Of a DNA stretch of 64,000 bases, positions 27,973 through 38,700 are shown in pieces (positions within the stretch are counted from its first letter, which is position 1; the number at the start of each line of letters is the position of its first letter). Below the pieces are notes generated by a model. It saw nothing but the letters and a program-made list of their open reading frames with translations, ran no database searches and was not told where the DNA came from. This stretch comes from Candidatus Magasanikiibacteriota bacterium (GTDB lineage: Bacteria > Patescibacteriota > Patescibacteriia > Magasanikbacterales > GWA2-37-8), in contig JBAYNU010000004.1 of assembly GCA_041678665.1 (NCBI GenBank), forward strand, positions 12,863-76,862. The letters are read 5' to 3'. The position numbers and the translations under genes were made by a program.

Positions 27973-28866
27973 TTAATTTCCCATAGTACGCAAGCGTTTG
28001 ATTCGCTCTTCTATCGGTGGATGAGTGGAGAAAAGTGAAGACATTTTTTTGCCGGAAAAGGGGTTGGCGATAAATAGGTGAGCAGTAGCGGAAGAGGCGC
28101 GTTGCATCGGCGTATGATCGGCGGCAATTTTTTCCAGCGCTTTGGCCAGTCCTTCGGGGTAGCGGGTAAGAAGCGCTCCGGAAGCGTCGGCTAGATACTC
28201 TCGGCGGCGCGAAATTGCCAGTTTTATTAGTTCGGCGATGAGCGGTGAGAGAATGGCGAGAATGATTCCGACAATCATAAATATGGCGCCGGCGTTTCCG
28301 CTTCCGCGATTGTCATCACGCGAGCCGCGAAATAGACGAGTGCGAATGAAAATATCCGACATCATGGCAATGGCGCCAACCAGTACTGCTACGAGCATCA
28401 TAAAGCGAATGTCGTAATTTTTGATGTGCGAAAGTTCGTGCGCGATTACGCCCTCCAGTTCTTCATTGGTAAGTTTAGAAATAGCGCCGGTAGTAATGGC
28501 GATGCTGGCAAGTTCCGGTTTTCGTCCGGTGGCAAAAGCATTGATTGCCTGATCTTCAATTATATAAATCTTTGGCATGGATTGGCCGTTGGCAATGCAA
28601 AGGTTTTCTACAAAATGGTAAACATATTTATTATCATCGTGGGCAATCGGTTTAGCTCCCGACATCGCGAGCGCAATTTTATCACCGGAAAAATATGAAA
28701 CGGATGTCATGATAAGTGAAATAATAATTGCGATCCACACGCCACTATACATTTTATCTCCCTGCGCCATACTAAAAATATAGCCGATACCAATAAGCAC
28801 GGCGATGAAAATCATCACGAGAAGTACAGAATTGCGTTTGTTAGAAGATATTTCTTGGTAAATCAT
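27973..28866 (-). CDS. htpX: Zinc metalloprotease HtpX (M48)
   Basis: INAFATG, HELSH, SRRREYLADA, FSTHPPIEERI; follows lemA. Confidence 0.94.
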   Translation of the reverse strand: MIYQEISSNKRNSVLLVMIFIAVLIGIGYIFSMAQGDKMYSGVWIAIIISLIMTSVSYFSGDKIALAMSGAKPIAHDDNKYVYHFVENLCIANGQSMPKIYIIEDQAINAFATGRKPELASIAITTGAISKLTNEELEGVIAHELSHIKNYDIRFMMLVAVLVGAIAMMSDIFIRTRLFRGSRDDNRGSGNAGAIFMIVGIILAILSPLIAELIKLAISRRREYLADASGALLTRYPEGLAKALEKIAADHTPMQRASSATAHLFIANPFSGKKMSSLFSTHPPIEERIKRLRTMGN

Positions 28867-28918
28867 AGGATTTTGTATAGGGTATTTTACCCTCAGTTGT
28901 ATAACTAGTCAATTGTGT

Positions 28919-28960
28919 AAAAATAAACCATCCCTTTATTGTAGGGGTGGTTTATTTTTT
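28919..28960. terminator. Hairpin between lemA and htpX
   Basis: AAAAATAAACCATCCCT / AGGGGTGGTTTATTTTT. Confidence 0.6.
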
Positions 28961-28977
28961 TATAGTTTTTGTATAAT

Positions 28978-29544
28978 TTAAAACTTTACCTGCACATTTT
29001 GTTTCTCCGCCTTGCCTGCTTGGAAAAATTCGTATTTTACGAATTTAAGTATACCGGCAATCAGGTTGGTTGGGAACACCTGAATCTTGGTATTGAAGTC
29101 GCGCACATTGCCGTTGTAAAACCGGCGAGCGGCTTGAATTTTATTTTCGGTATCAGATAACTCCGCCTGTAATTGCAAGAAATTTTGGCTGGCTTTGAGA
29201 TCGGGATAATTTTCCGAAACTGCGAACAGTGATTTAAGAGTAGAGGATAGGGTATTTTCGGCGGCTTCGCGTTCGGCGAGGGTAGCGCCTTTGTTGTCAT
29301 GCACTTGCATGGCGCTCGCGCGAGCGGCGGTTACTTTTTCGAGAGTGCCGGCTTCGTGGGTCATGTAGCCCTTCACAGTCGCAACCAAGTTCGGGATTAA
29401 ATCGTAACGGCGTTTCAGTTGGACGTCGATGTCACTAAAAGCTTCATCTACTTGGTTTTTACTGCGTATTAAACCATTGTAAACGGCAATAATCCAAACT
29501 GCGGCTATTGCCACAACCGCTAAAATAATGTAAAGTATAGTCAT
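28978..29544 (-). CDS. lemA: LemA family protein
   Basis: IDVQLKRRYDLIPNLV, ENYPDLKA, ARRFYN, FPTNLIA. Confidence 0.95.
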   Translation of the reverse strand: MTILYIILAVVAIAAVWIIAVYNGLIRSKNQVDEAFSDIDVQLKRRYDLIPNLVATVKGYMTHEAGTLEKVTAARASAMQVHDNKGATLAEREAAENTLSSTLKSLFAVSENYPDLKASQNFLQLQAELSDTENKIQAARRFYNGNVRDFNTKIQVFPTNLIAGILKFVKYEFFQAGKAEKQNVQVKF

Positions 29545-29726
29545 ACTTTAGTTAATTAGTTAACGCGCCAAGGACGGCGTTGTTAAAGTATATTATAGAT
29601 TATTTAGTTATTTAAAGCAAATTTATAACATGTGGATGGTATATTGATTTAACAAATGCAACTAAAGCAATGAATCAAACATTCCATGCCTTCTAACAAT
29701 TCAATTGTTATTAATTTATATAAAAT

Positions 29727-30047
29727 ATGCCATTTGACGAATTAATAAATTTTGGTACAGATGTTGGTAGAAGAGGTAGCCGCGCTGAAGTTGTGGCGAA
29801 AAGAATGCATGATAATTTGCAATTAGAAAGAAAGAAAGCCAAGGACATTATGGATAATATTAAAGAAGGCGCAGTGTACAGGGGGGAAGTTGATAAGAGT
29901 GGTGAAAGAGAGATAAAAGTTGTCAAAATAATAGAAGATCCGTTGGAAGTAGTCATTGAAGTGCTGGGTAAACCAAAATCAAATATAAAGAAAGTAAGCC
30001 CTTATCACGAAATGTTTAAAAGTCCTCCAATAGAAGAAGCTAAGTAA
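29727..30047 (+). CDS. Hypothetical protein
   Basis: 106-aa ORF with AT-rich leader. Confidence 0.55.
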   Translation: MPFDELINFGTDVGRRGSRAEVVAKRMHDNLQLERKKAKDIMDNIKEGAVYRGEVDKSGEREIKVVKIIEDPLEVVIEVLGKPKSNIKKVSPYHEMFKSPPIEEAK

Positions 30048-30073
30048 TTTTGTTTTCATTTTCAATTTGATTT

Positions 30074-31228
30074 ATGTTAACTGTAATTATTTTTATTTTG
30101 GTTTTGGGTGTATTGGTTTTGGCGCATGAGTTTGGACATTTTATTGCCGCGCGTAAAAGTGGAATGAAGGTGGAAGAATTTGGGTTTGGTTTTCCGCCCC
30201 GCGCCTTGGGAGTGCGATTTTTGGATAACGGTAAACGAGAATGGATATGGGGAAACAAAGAATCCGAGGGGGAAAGAACTGTTTATTCCATTAATTGGTT
30301 GCCGATTGGCGGTTTTGTAAAAATTAAGGGTGAGAATGGCGAAGCCGTGGTTGATCAAGATAGTTTCATGAGTAAATCGGCTTGGAAAAAAACGATTGTG
30401 CTCGCGGCGGGAGTAGTGATGAATATTGTGCTCGCGGCGGTATTACTTTCAGTGGGATATATGATAGGTTTGCCGCAAACCACTGATGATATTTCGGATG
30501 GCACGGTGGTAAAAGACGCGCGGGTGGCGATACTCCAAGTAATAGAAGGTAAACCAGCGGCTCAAGCTGGCCTTAAAATGGGGGATGAAATAATAGGAAT
30601 TGACGCTATCAAAAATCCGCGTATCATTCAGATGCAGGAATATGTCGATCAAAATCGCGATAAAGAAATTATTTTTACGATTGCGCGCGGACAAAAGACT
30701 TTTGAGAAAAATATTATTCCCACTCTTAATTCTGATACCGGCAAAGGTGGAATTGGGGTGGCGATTGCGGAGGTGGGACTGGTAAAATATCCTTGGCATA
30801 AAGCAATTTATTATGGCGTCATTGCCACTGGGTCTTATTTATTAGCTATTGTTTTGGCTTTTTGGCAATTGATTGCCGGTTTATTTGTTGGCAAAGGTGC
30901 TGGTAGCGCCGTTACTGGTCCGGTGGGAATTGCGGTTATGACTGGGCAGGTAGCCCGTATGGGATGGGCGTATCTTATTCAGTTTACCGCGATGTTATCT
31001 TTGAATTTGGCGGTAATAAATATTTTGCCTTTACCGGCGCTTGATGGTGGTCGGATATTATTCACTTGGCTCGGCAAAATTTTTAAAAAACCGGTATTTA
31101 TGAAATTTGAACAGGCAGCGCATACGATTGGTTTTATGGCGCTTTTGGTCCTGATATTTGTAGTGACGGCCAAAGATTTATGGGGGTTTAAGTCCGTTTT
31201 CACAAATTTGTGGAGTAAGATTTTCTAA
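30074..31228 (+). CDS. rseP: RIP metalloprotease RseP (M50, PDZ)
   Basis: HEFGH, LPIGGFV, PDZ (PAAQAGLKMGD), NILPLPALDGG. Confidence 0.94.
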   Translation: MLTVIIFILVLGVLVLAHEFGHFIAARKSGMKVEEFGFGFPPRALGVRFLDNGKREWIWGNKESEGERTVYSINWLPIGGFVKIKGENGEAVVDQDSFMSKSAWKKTIVLAAGVVMNIVLAAVLLSVGYMIGLPQTTDDISDGTVVKDARVAILQVIEGKPAAQAGLKMGDEIIGIDAIKNPRIIQMQEYVDQNRDKEIIFTIARGQKTFEKNIIPTLNSDTGKGGIGVAIAEVGLVKYPWHKAIYYGVIATGSYLLAIVLAFWQLIAGLFVGKGAGSAVTGPVGIAVMTGQVARMGWAYLIQFTAMLSLNLAVINILPLPALDGGRILFTWLGKIFKKPVFMKFEQAAHTIGFMALLVLIFVVTAKDLWGFKSVFTNLWSKIF

Positions 31229-31237
31229 TAATGTTAT

Positions 31238-32269
31238 ATGCAAAATCAATTGCACCAATTAAAAGAAGAGGCGCTACTCGCTATTAAAGCTGCCAAAGAT
31301 AAGGTTGATTTGGAAGAATTGGAAAATAAATTTTTGGGAAGAAAAAATGGAGAACTTACCAATTTGATGAAAGGGCTCAAAGATTTGGAAGTAGAAGCGC
31401 GTAAAATAGCGGGACAATTGGCCAACGATGTTAAAAATATGATCGAAGCGGCACTAAATGAAAAAAAGGGTGAGTTATCTAGCGGTGAGTGGGCGATGGA
31501 ATTGGAAAAGGAGCGTGTGGATGTGACGGCGCCGGCATTACCAGCAGTAGAGCGTGGGCATTTACATCCCATAACCCAAGTACTCGAAGAGATGAACGGA
31601 GTAGCACGAGCGATGGGCTTTATAGTGGAAGACGGTCCTGATCTGGATAGTGATTATTATTGTTTTGAAGCTTTAAATATTCCTACTACGCATCCGGCTC
31701 GCGATTCTCAAGACACTTTTTATATTAAAAATCACCCACAATGGTGCATGCGTCCGCATGTATCCAATATGCAGGTAAGATTAATGCAAAAATATGGGGC
31801 ACCCCTTCGAATTGCTTATCCCGGGAGAGTCTTCCGTAATGAAGCCACTGATGCTAGCCATGAACATACTTTCTATCAGTATGAATCTTTGGTGGTTGAT
31901 AAAGATATGAATATTGGGCATCTAATTGGTATAATAAAAGAATTATTGCGTGGTTTGTATCAGACCGATGTTGAAGTGCGTTTACGTCCCGGATTTTTTC
32001 CTTTTGTAGAGCCGGGCTTTGAAATGGATATGAAGTGTCTGATTTGTGGTGGCAAAGGTTGTGGTGCCTGTAAACATAGCGGCTGGGTGGAAACTTTAGG
32101 TTGTGGGCTTATTCATCCACGTGTGGTTGAAATTGCGGGTTTTGATCCCAAAGTTTGGCATGGCTTGGCTTTTGGTATGGGCTTGACGCGATTGGCTATG
32201 CAAAAATACGGCATTCATGATATTCGCTTGTTAATGGGTGGAGATTTACGATTTTTGAAACAATTTTAG
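31238..32269 (+). CDS. pheS: Phenylalanyl-tRNA synthetase alpha subunit
   Basis: HPARDSQDTF, GRVFRNE, FPFVEP, AFGMGLTR. Confidence 0.97.
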   Translation: MQNQLHQLKEEALLAIKAAKDKVDLEELENKFLGRKNGELTNLMKGLKDLEVEARKIAGQLANDVKNMIEAALNEKKGELSSGEWAMELEKERVDVTAPALPAVERGHLHPITQVLEEMNGVARAMGFIVEDGPDLDSDYYCFEALNIPTTHPARDSQDTFYIKNHPQWCMRPHVSNMQVRLMQKYGAPLRIAYPGRVFRNEATDASHEHTFYQYESLVVDKDMNIGHLIGIIKELLRGLYQTDVEVRLRPGFFPFVEPGFEMDMKCLICGGKGCGACKHSGWVETLGCGLIHPRVVEIAGFDPKVWHGLAFGMGLTRLAMQKYGIHDIRLLMGGDLRFLKQF

Positions 32270-32270
32270 T

Positions 32271-34733
32271 ATGTATATTTCCTATAATTGGCTAAAACAA
32301 TACATTAATTTACCTGATTCCATTAAGGCCGACGAGGTGGCGCGTAATTTGACGATGAGCACGGTAGAAGTAGAAAGTGTGCACCATAAAGGCAAGCATT
32401 TAGAAAATATTGTGGTAGGCAAAGTTTTGTTAGTCGAAAAACATCCTAATGCCGACAAACTTAAAGTTTGCGAGGTTGATGTGGGTACAGACAAATTAAA
32501 GATTGTCTGCGGCGGATCCAATGTTCGTGAAGGTATGCTTTGCGCGGTGGCCAAGTTGGGTGCCAAAGTGAAGTGGCATGGCGAGGGTGAGTCGATCGAA
32601 ATGAAGGAAGCGGAAATTCGCGGGGTAAAATCCTACGGCATGATTTGTGCGTCCACCGAAATTGGTTTGGGAGAAATGTTTCCGTTGAAAGAGGAAAAAG
32701 AGATTCTAGATTTAAGCGCTATGAAATTGGCAGTAGGCAAACCATTAGCTGAGGCGTTAAGTCTAAATGAAGTGGTGCTAGAGATTGACAATAAATCTAT
32801 GACCAACCGGCCCGATTTGTGGGGGCATTATGGCATGGCGCGCGAGGTAGCGGCGGTATTTAAAAAAGATTTAAAAAATTACGAGGTAAAAGATGTGTCA
32901 GCTGGCAGTACAGTAAAAATAAAAGTGAAAGTTGAAGACGAAAAATTGTGCCCGCGCTATATGGCAGTGGTAATTGAGGGGATAAAAATAGAACCGTCGC
33001 CAGCATGGCTCGCACAAAAAATTCATGCCATTGGTTTGCGTCCGATAAATAATATTGTCGATATTACCAACTATATAATGTATGATTTGGGCGAGCCGAT
33101 GCATGCGTTTGACGCTGCGCGTCTCAAAGGAATAAGGAGTAAGGATAAAGGAGTAAATATTTTAGTGAAACGGGCGAAAGACGGAGAAAAGTTTAGAACT
33201 CTTGATGGCGCGGAGCACCAGTTAGACTCAAGCATGCTCGTGATTGCAAATGATGAAAAGTCGGTGGCCTTGGCTGGTATTATGGGTGGAGAAGAGAGTG
33301 AAATTTCTAATGATACCACCACGATTATTTTTGAAGCTGCCAATTTTGATGCTGCCACTATTCGTAAAGCCTCGGTTAAGCTCGGTTTGCGTACCGATTC
33401 CTCGGCGCGTTTTGAGAAAGCACTTGATCCGAATTTATGTGAACAGGCGTTGGCCAAAGCGGTGGAGTTAACTTTGCAATTATGTACGGGCGCCAAGGTG
33501 GCAAGCAAGGTGGTAGACGATAAAAAATTTCATTTATATCAGGGGCCGATTGAACTACCTTGGGAATTTTTGTATAAGAAAATTGGCGTTCAGATAGATA
33601 AAAAAGAGGTGTTGGCGATTTTAGAAAGATTAGGTTTTGAATTAAAAGAAAAGAAAGATTGTTTGGTGGTAACAATACCGACTTGGCGTGCCACCAAAGA
33701 TATTTCCATTCCCGAAGATTTGGTAGAAGAAGTGGCGCGCATTTATGGCTACAATAATATTCCGGTCCAACTGCCGGTTTTCCCGATTACTCCACCCATT
33801 GCCAATAGCCAGCGTATTTTAGAATGGAAATTGCGCGATATCTTTTCACAGGGTTTGGGTTATAGCGAGGTTTATAATTATTCTTTTGTCTCTGGAAAAC
33901 AAATCAAAAATCTAGGTGATGACGCTGGTTTGTATTTAGAGTTGGATAATCCCATCTCTGATGAAAGGCCCTATTTACGTCGCCATATCGTCGGCGGGCT
34001 TATCGAAAATGTGGTTCAAAATATTGAGCGTTTTCCGACGGTGAAATTGTTTGAAATCGGCAAGAAGTTTACCGTCGAAGCCGCCGGTCCGCGCGCGCGT
34101 TTTAATGGCGATGAGCTTTTGCCTCAACAGGGTAATTGGCTGATTGCCATTTATGCCGACAAAAAAGACGCCAACCCATATTGGCAGATGCGCCAAGCCG
34201 CGCAATTAGTAGCCGATAATTTAAATTTGGAATTAAAATATCAGCCCAAGAAAAAATTGATGCCATGGCAACATCCTACGCGTTCGGCCGAATTGGTTTA
34301 TAAGGATAAGGTGATTGGTTTAGCGTCTGAAATAACACCTCAGATTGCTAAAAATTTTGGCTTAAGCGTGCGGGCGGGGATTTTGGGAATAAATATTGAT
34401 CAGCTGGTAGAGACGGGGGCTTTGAATGTTAGCCCTAATTATCAAATAATTTCTGCTTTCCCCGAAGTAATGCGCGATTTGGCTTTTGTGGTAAAAAAAT
34501 CCGTGACGCACGATGAGATTGTTTGGGCTCTGCACAACATTGATCATCTTCTGAAAAAAGTAGAATTATTTGATGTGTACGAGGGTGCCACTATCGGCGA
34601 TGAATACAAAAGTATGGCGTATCGTTTTACTTTTTCTCATACCGAACGGACTTTGAAAAGTGAAGAAGTGGATAAGGCGATGGAAAAAGTGCGCCAGGTG
34701 ATTGAAAAACTGGGGGGAGAAGTAAGGGTGTAA
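32271..34733 (+). CDS. pheT: Phenylalanyl-tRNA synthetase beta subunit
   Basis: HPNADKL, RGVKSYGMIC, NRPDL, DLVEEVARIYGY, FDX-ACB C-terminus. Confidence 0.97.
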   Translation: MYISYNWLKQYINLPDSIKADEVARNLTMSTVEVESVHHKGKHLENIVVGKVLLVEKHPNADKLKVCEVDVGTDKLKIVCGGSNVREGMLCAVAKLGAKVKWHGEGESIEMKEAEIRGVKSYGMICASTEIGLGEMFPLKEEKEILDLSAMKLAVGKPLAEALSLNEVVLEIDNKSMTNRPDLWGHYGMAREVAAVFKKDLKNYEVKDVSAGSTVKIKVKVEDEKLCPRYMAVVIEGIKIEPSPAWLAQKIHAIGLRPINNIVDITNYIMYDLGEPMHAFDAARLKGIRSKDKGVNILVKRAKDGEKFRTLDGAEHQLDSSMLVIANDEKSVALAGIMGGEESEISNDTTTIIFEAANFDAATIRKASVKLGLRTDSSARFEKALDPNLCEQALAKAVELTLQLCTGAKVASKVVDDKKFHLYQGPIELPWEFLYKKIGVQIDKKEVLAILERLGFELKEKKDCLVVTIPTWRATKDISIPEDLVEEVARIYGYNNIPVQLPVFPITPPIANSQRILEWKLRDIFSQGLGYSEVYNYSFVSGKQIKNLGDDAGLYLELDNPISDERPYLRRHIVGGLIENVVQNIERFPTVKLFEIGKKFTVEAAGPRARFNGDELLPQQGNWLIAIYADKKDANPYWQMRQAAQLVADNLNLELKYQPKKKLMPWQHPTRSAELVYKDKVIGLASEITPQIAKNFGLSVRAGILGINIDQLVETGALNVSPNYQIISAFPEVMRDLAFVVKKSVTHDEIVWALHNIDHLLKKVELFDVYEGATIGDEYKSMAYRFTFSHTERTLKSEEVDKAMEKVRQVIEKLGGEVRV
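33127..33154 (+). repeat. AAGGAGT heptamer array in frame inside pheT
   Basis: AAGGAAT AAGGAGT AAGGATA AAGGAGT = GIRSKDKGV. Confidence 0.75.
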
Positions 34734-34850
34734 ATTACAAATATTAAATTACAAATTCCAAATAAATCACAATTATCAAACAAATTGTTTTTTGAATTTT
34801 ATATTTGTTATTTGGAGTTTATTTGATATTTTTTATTTGGTGCTTTTAGT
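34732..34850. repeat. Full two-armed CAAAT/ATTTG element, intergenic after pheT
   Basis: ...TACAAATTCCAAATAAATCAC... followed by complementary ...TTTGGAGTTTATTTG...; same core as recG/radA inserts. Confidence 0.8.
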
Positions 34851-34929
34851 GATTTGTGTTATAATATAATCATCTTATAATTAATCTCATCATCCGCACC
34901 ATGCTTGCGGGGGATGGCAGGGAGGCAAT

Positions 34930-35316
34930 ATGTTTGAAAGTTCAAAGGATATACTTTATATAGTATTATCGTTTTGTATTTTGTGGGTAACGGTATTTTT
35001 ATGTTGGATGTTTTATTACGCCGGTAAGATTCTCAAAGATGCCAGTCGAATTGTAGAAGAATTTCGCATGCGCCTACAGCTTTTGACCGATGCCATTAAT
35101 TATATTCGCGGTAAAGTGGAAAATATTTCCGCCTTAATGACTTTGGCAACCCAAGGCGCCACCGGTTTGGTAAAAAAAGTGGTTGCCAAAAAAGCCAATG
35201 AGTGGATGAGTGATGCCGAAGATAAATTTGATAATAGCGCTAAGGACGCGGTGGATCGAGCGGTGGCGGCGACTGCCAAAAGTATAAAAAAAGCGGCAAA
35301 GAAGATTAAAAATTAA
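34930..35316 (+). CDS. Hypothetical single-TM protein with helical tail
   Basis: GGAGG RBS, N-terminal TM, amphipathic tail. Confidence 0.7.
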   Translation: MFESSKDILYIVLSFCILWVTVFLCWMFYYAGKILKDASRIVEEFRMRLQLLTDAINYIRGKVENISALMTLATQGATGLVKKVVAKKANEWMSDAEDKFDNSAKDAVDRAVAATAKSIKKAAKKIKN

Positions 35317-35326
35317 AGTATGTTTT

Positions 35327-35593
35327 ATGGAAAATGTCGACAGAGAAGGAGAAATGAAACAATTTACCGATGCGCTTTTTTCGTATGAAAAATATTACAG
35401 TGAATTGTTAAAAAAATATCCTCAAAAAGGCAACAATCCTTTAGATTTAGAAAAATTACCAACGAATGAGGCGGTTATTTTGGACCAGTATAATAAACGA
35501 GTAATTGAACTAAAAAGACAATTAGGTATCTCATTTAGCGATATGGATAAAATGAGGCACGAAGTGCAGGCTAAAATATTATCCGAATATTAG
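35327..35593 (+). CDS. Hypothetical protein
   Basis: 88-aa ORF followed by terminator 35609-35633. Confidence 0.55.
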   Translation: MENVDREGEMKQFTDALFSYEKYYSELLKKYPQKGNNPLDLEKLPTNEAVILDQYNKRVIELKRQLGISFSDMDKMRHEVQAKILSEY

Positions 35594-35684
35594 TATAATT
35601 ATAAAGTGTAACCCGCCACAGTGGCGGGTTTTTAGTATCTAAATAAGGGGTTGAAAAGAACGAGGGGATGAGGTAAGATAACCG

Positions 35685-35767
35685 AGCTGTTAGCTTGTAG
35701 CTTTGAGTTTTTAGGGGTATTATTTTGAATAATCTACAAGCTAAAAGCTATCAGCTATAAGCTAACA
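35685..35767. repeat. AGCT-core heptamer inverted array in dnaE 5' leader
   Basis: AGCTGTT AGCTTGT AGCTTTG ... AAGCTAA AAGCTAT CAGCTAT AAGCTAA; promoter TTGAAA-17-TAAGAT at 35651-35679. Confidence 0.75.
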
Positions 35768-35769
35768 AT

Positions 35770-38700
35770 ATGTCCGATTTTGTCCACCTACACGTCCACT
35801 CTCACTATTCATTGCTCGACGGTTTGTCTAAAATTGACGAGCTGGTAAAGACTGCGGGGAAGCGCGGTTTTTCGGCGTTGGCTTTGACTGACCACGGTAA
35901 CATGTATGGCGCGATTGAATTTTATCAGTGTTGTTTAAAAGAAGGTATTAAACCAATTATTGGCATGGAAGCTTATTTAGCTCCCGCATCAAGATTTGAT
36001 AAAGATCCTAAGAGCGATAAATATTATCATTTGGTATTGCTCGCGCTTAACGAAACCGGTTATCGTAATTTAATGAAGTTGGCGTCGCTTGCGCACTTGG
36101 AAGGTTTTTATTATAAACCCCGATTAGATAAAGAACTTTTACGCCAGTATCACGAGGGTTTGGTCGCTTCTACCGCTTGTATGCGTGGTGAGATTCCGTG
36201 GATTTTGCGCAAAGAAAATAATTATGAGAAAGCCAAAAAAGTAGCGCTTGAATATCAAGAAATTTTTGGCAAGGATAATTTTTATTTGGAATTAATGGAT
36301 TTGCCGGCACATGAAGGTCAAACCGAACTTAATTCTCAATTAGTTGAGTTATCCCAAGACACCGGTATTCCACTGATTGTTACGCGCGACGCGCATTATC
36401 TTAATTCCGAGGATGGTGAGGCGCAGGATATTCTTACTTGTATTCGCGATGGTCGCACCATTGACGAGCCCAATCGCCAAAGCATGCAAGGAGTGGATTT
36501 TTCTTTGTGTGCCAGCAAAGAAATTGCTACGCGTTTTAAACATATTCCCGAGGCCATGCTCAATACCGTCAAGATTGCGGAGCGGGTAGATTTAAAATTA
36601 GAATTAAACCAATGGCATTTTCCTTCAATTGAAATTCCGGATGGCCAAACCGCCGAACAATATTTGCGTGATTTAGTTTATGAAAAGCTGCCCAAATTGA
36701 TTGAAATAACCGATGAGGTAAAACAGCGCATTGAATATGAATTGGATGTAATTTTAAAAAAGGGCTATGCGCCATATTTTATTACTGTGGCCGATTACGT
36801 GCAGTATGCGCGTGACCATGACATCATTGAAACCACTCGTGGAAGCGGTGCTGGCTCAATTGTGTCTTATGCCCTGGGTATTACCACTGTTAACCCGTTA
36901 TATTTTAAATTACCGTTTGAGCGTTTTTTAAATCCGTTTCGTCCCAGCGCCCCTGATATTGATGCGGATTTTGCCGACGATCGGCGCGATGAAATGATTG
37001 CTTATGTTACCCAAAAATATGGCGCCGATAAAGTGGCGCAGATTATCACTTTTGGTACCATGATGGCCAGAGGCGCAGTACGCGATGTGGGTCGGGCGTT
37101 GGGATATAGTTATAGTTTATGCGATCAAGTCGCTAAGCTTATTCCTTTTGGCGCGCAGGGTTTCCACATGACTATCAAAAAAGCGATTGAATTGGAACCG
37201 GATTTGAAAAAACGTTATCAAGAAGATGAACAAATTAAACGTTTGTTGGATTTAGCGCAAAAAATTGAAGGCTGCGCGCGCCACACTTCCATTCACGCGG
37301 CCGGAGTGGTGATTTCTCCCACCCCGCTTACTGATTTTACGCCGGTGCAATACGAAACCGGCGGAGATAAAATTACCACGCAATACGAAATGCATGCGGT
37401 AGAGGCGGCCGGTATTTTGAAAATGGATTTTTTAGGCATTCGGAATTTGTCGATTTTGGGACACGCGGTGGAGATTGTGCAAAAAACCACCGGCACCAAA
37501 GTGGATATCATGCATTTGCCGTGGGATGATACCAAGACTTACGAAATGCTCGCCCGCGGTGAAACTATGGGCGTGTTTCAGCTTTCCGGCTCCGGTATGA
37601 CCCGGTATTTAAAAGAATTAAAACCCAGTTCAATTTTTGACATTATGGCCATTGTGGCCTTGTTTCGTCCGGGTCCGATGGAAAGCATTCCCGAATATAT
37701 TCAGCGCCGGCATCATCCCGAAATGATTGAATATTTGGATCCGCGGATGAAAGATTATTTGGACCAGTCACTCGGGTTGATTGTTTATCAGGACGATGTG
37801 CTCTTAACCGCCATTAATTTGGCCGGGTATAATTGGGAAGAGGCGGATAAATTTCGCAAAGCCATGGGTAAAAAAATTCCCGAAGAAATGGCGAAACAAA
37901 AAGAAAAGTTTTTTAAAGGTTGCCGTGAATTTGGCAAATTACCGGATTTAAAAATTCATCGTTTATGGGAATTGATTGAGCCGTTCGCCGCTTATGGTTT
38001 TGGTAAAGCGCACGCGTGCAGTTACGGTGTGGTGGCTTATCAGACGGCCTACATGAAAGCGAATTTTCCGGTGCAATATATGACCGCCGTTTTGATTGCC
38101 GAGTCGGGTGATATGGATAAAGTGCCGGAAATTATTGCCGAGTGTGAACGCATGGGGGTACGGGTGTTGCCTCCGGATGTAAACGAGAGTTTCAAAAATT
38201 TCGCGATGATTAGCGACGAGGTGGTGTCCACACCACAATTGTCATCCCGAGAGGAGTCGAGAGCCTGCCCTGAGCGACAGCCGAATGGGGATCCCTTTCC
38301 GCCAAAGGCGGACCCGCCTATGGCGGGAAACGACCACACCCGAGGGATTCCTCCGCTCGTTACACTCGGTCGGAATGACAGATCAGCGCATATCCGTTTT
38401 GGACTTAGCGGCGTCAAAAATGTCGGTGAACATATCGCCGATGTGATTTATCGCGAGCGCAAAGACAATGGCGCTTATAAAAGTTTGGAGGATTTGCTTA
38501 CGCGCGTAAAAGATAAAGATTTAAATAAAAAATCTTTGGAAAGTTTAATCAAATGTGGGGCTTTTGATTGTTTTGGTTATGATCGCGGACTGTTGGTGGC
38601 TAATATTGAAAATCTTTTAGCTTTTGTACATCATTCGCAGGAGCAGATGGATAGCAAACAAAATTCTTTGTTTGGGGGAATACTAAAAGGAGCCAACAAA

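Noticed and set aside
34732-34850. Periodic repeats as a CRISPR array
   Set aside because: Units are 7-9 bp, degenerate and without unique spacers; no cas genes in the window.
38240-38380. dnaE insertion as an intein or self-splicing intron
   Set aside because: Only 47 codons, no intein terminal motifs (C/S...HN) or group I/II core; matches dispersed repeats.
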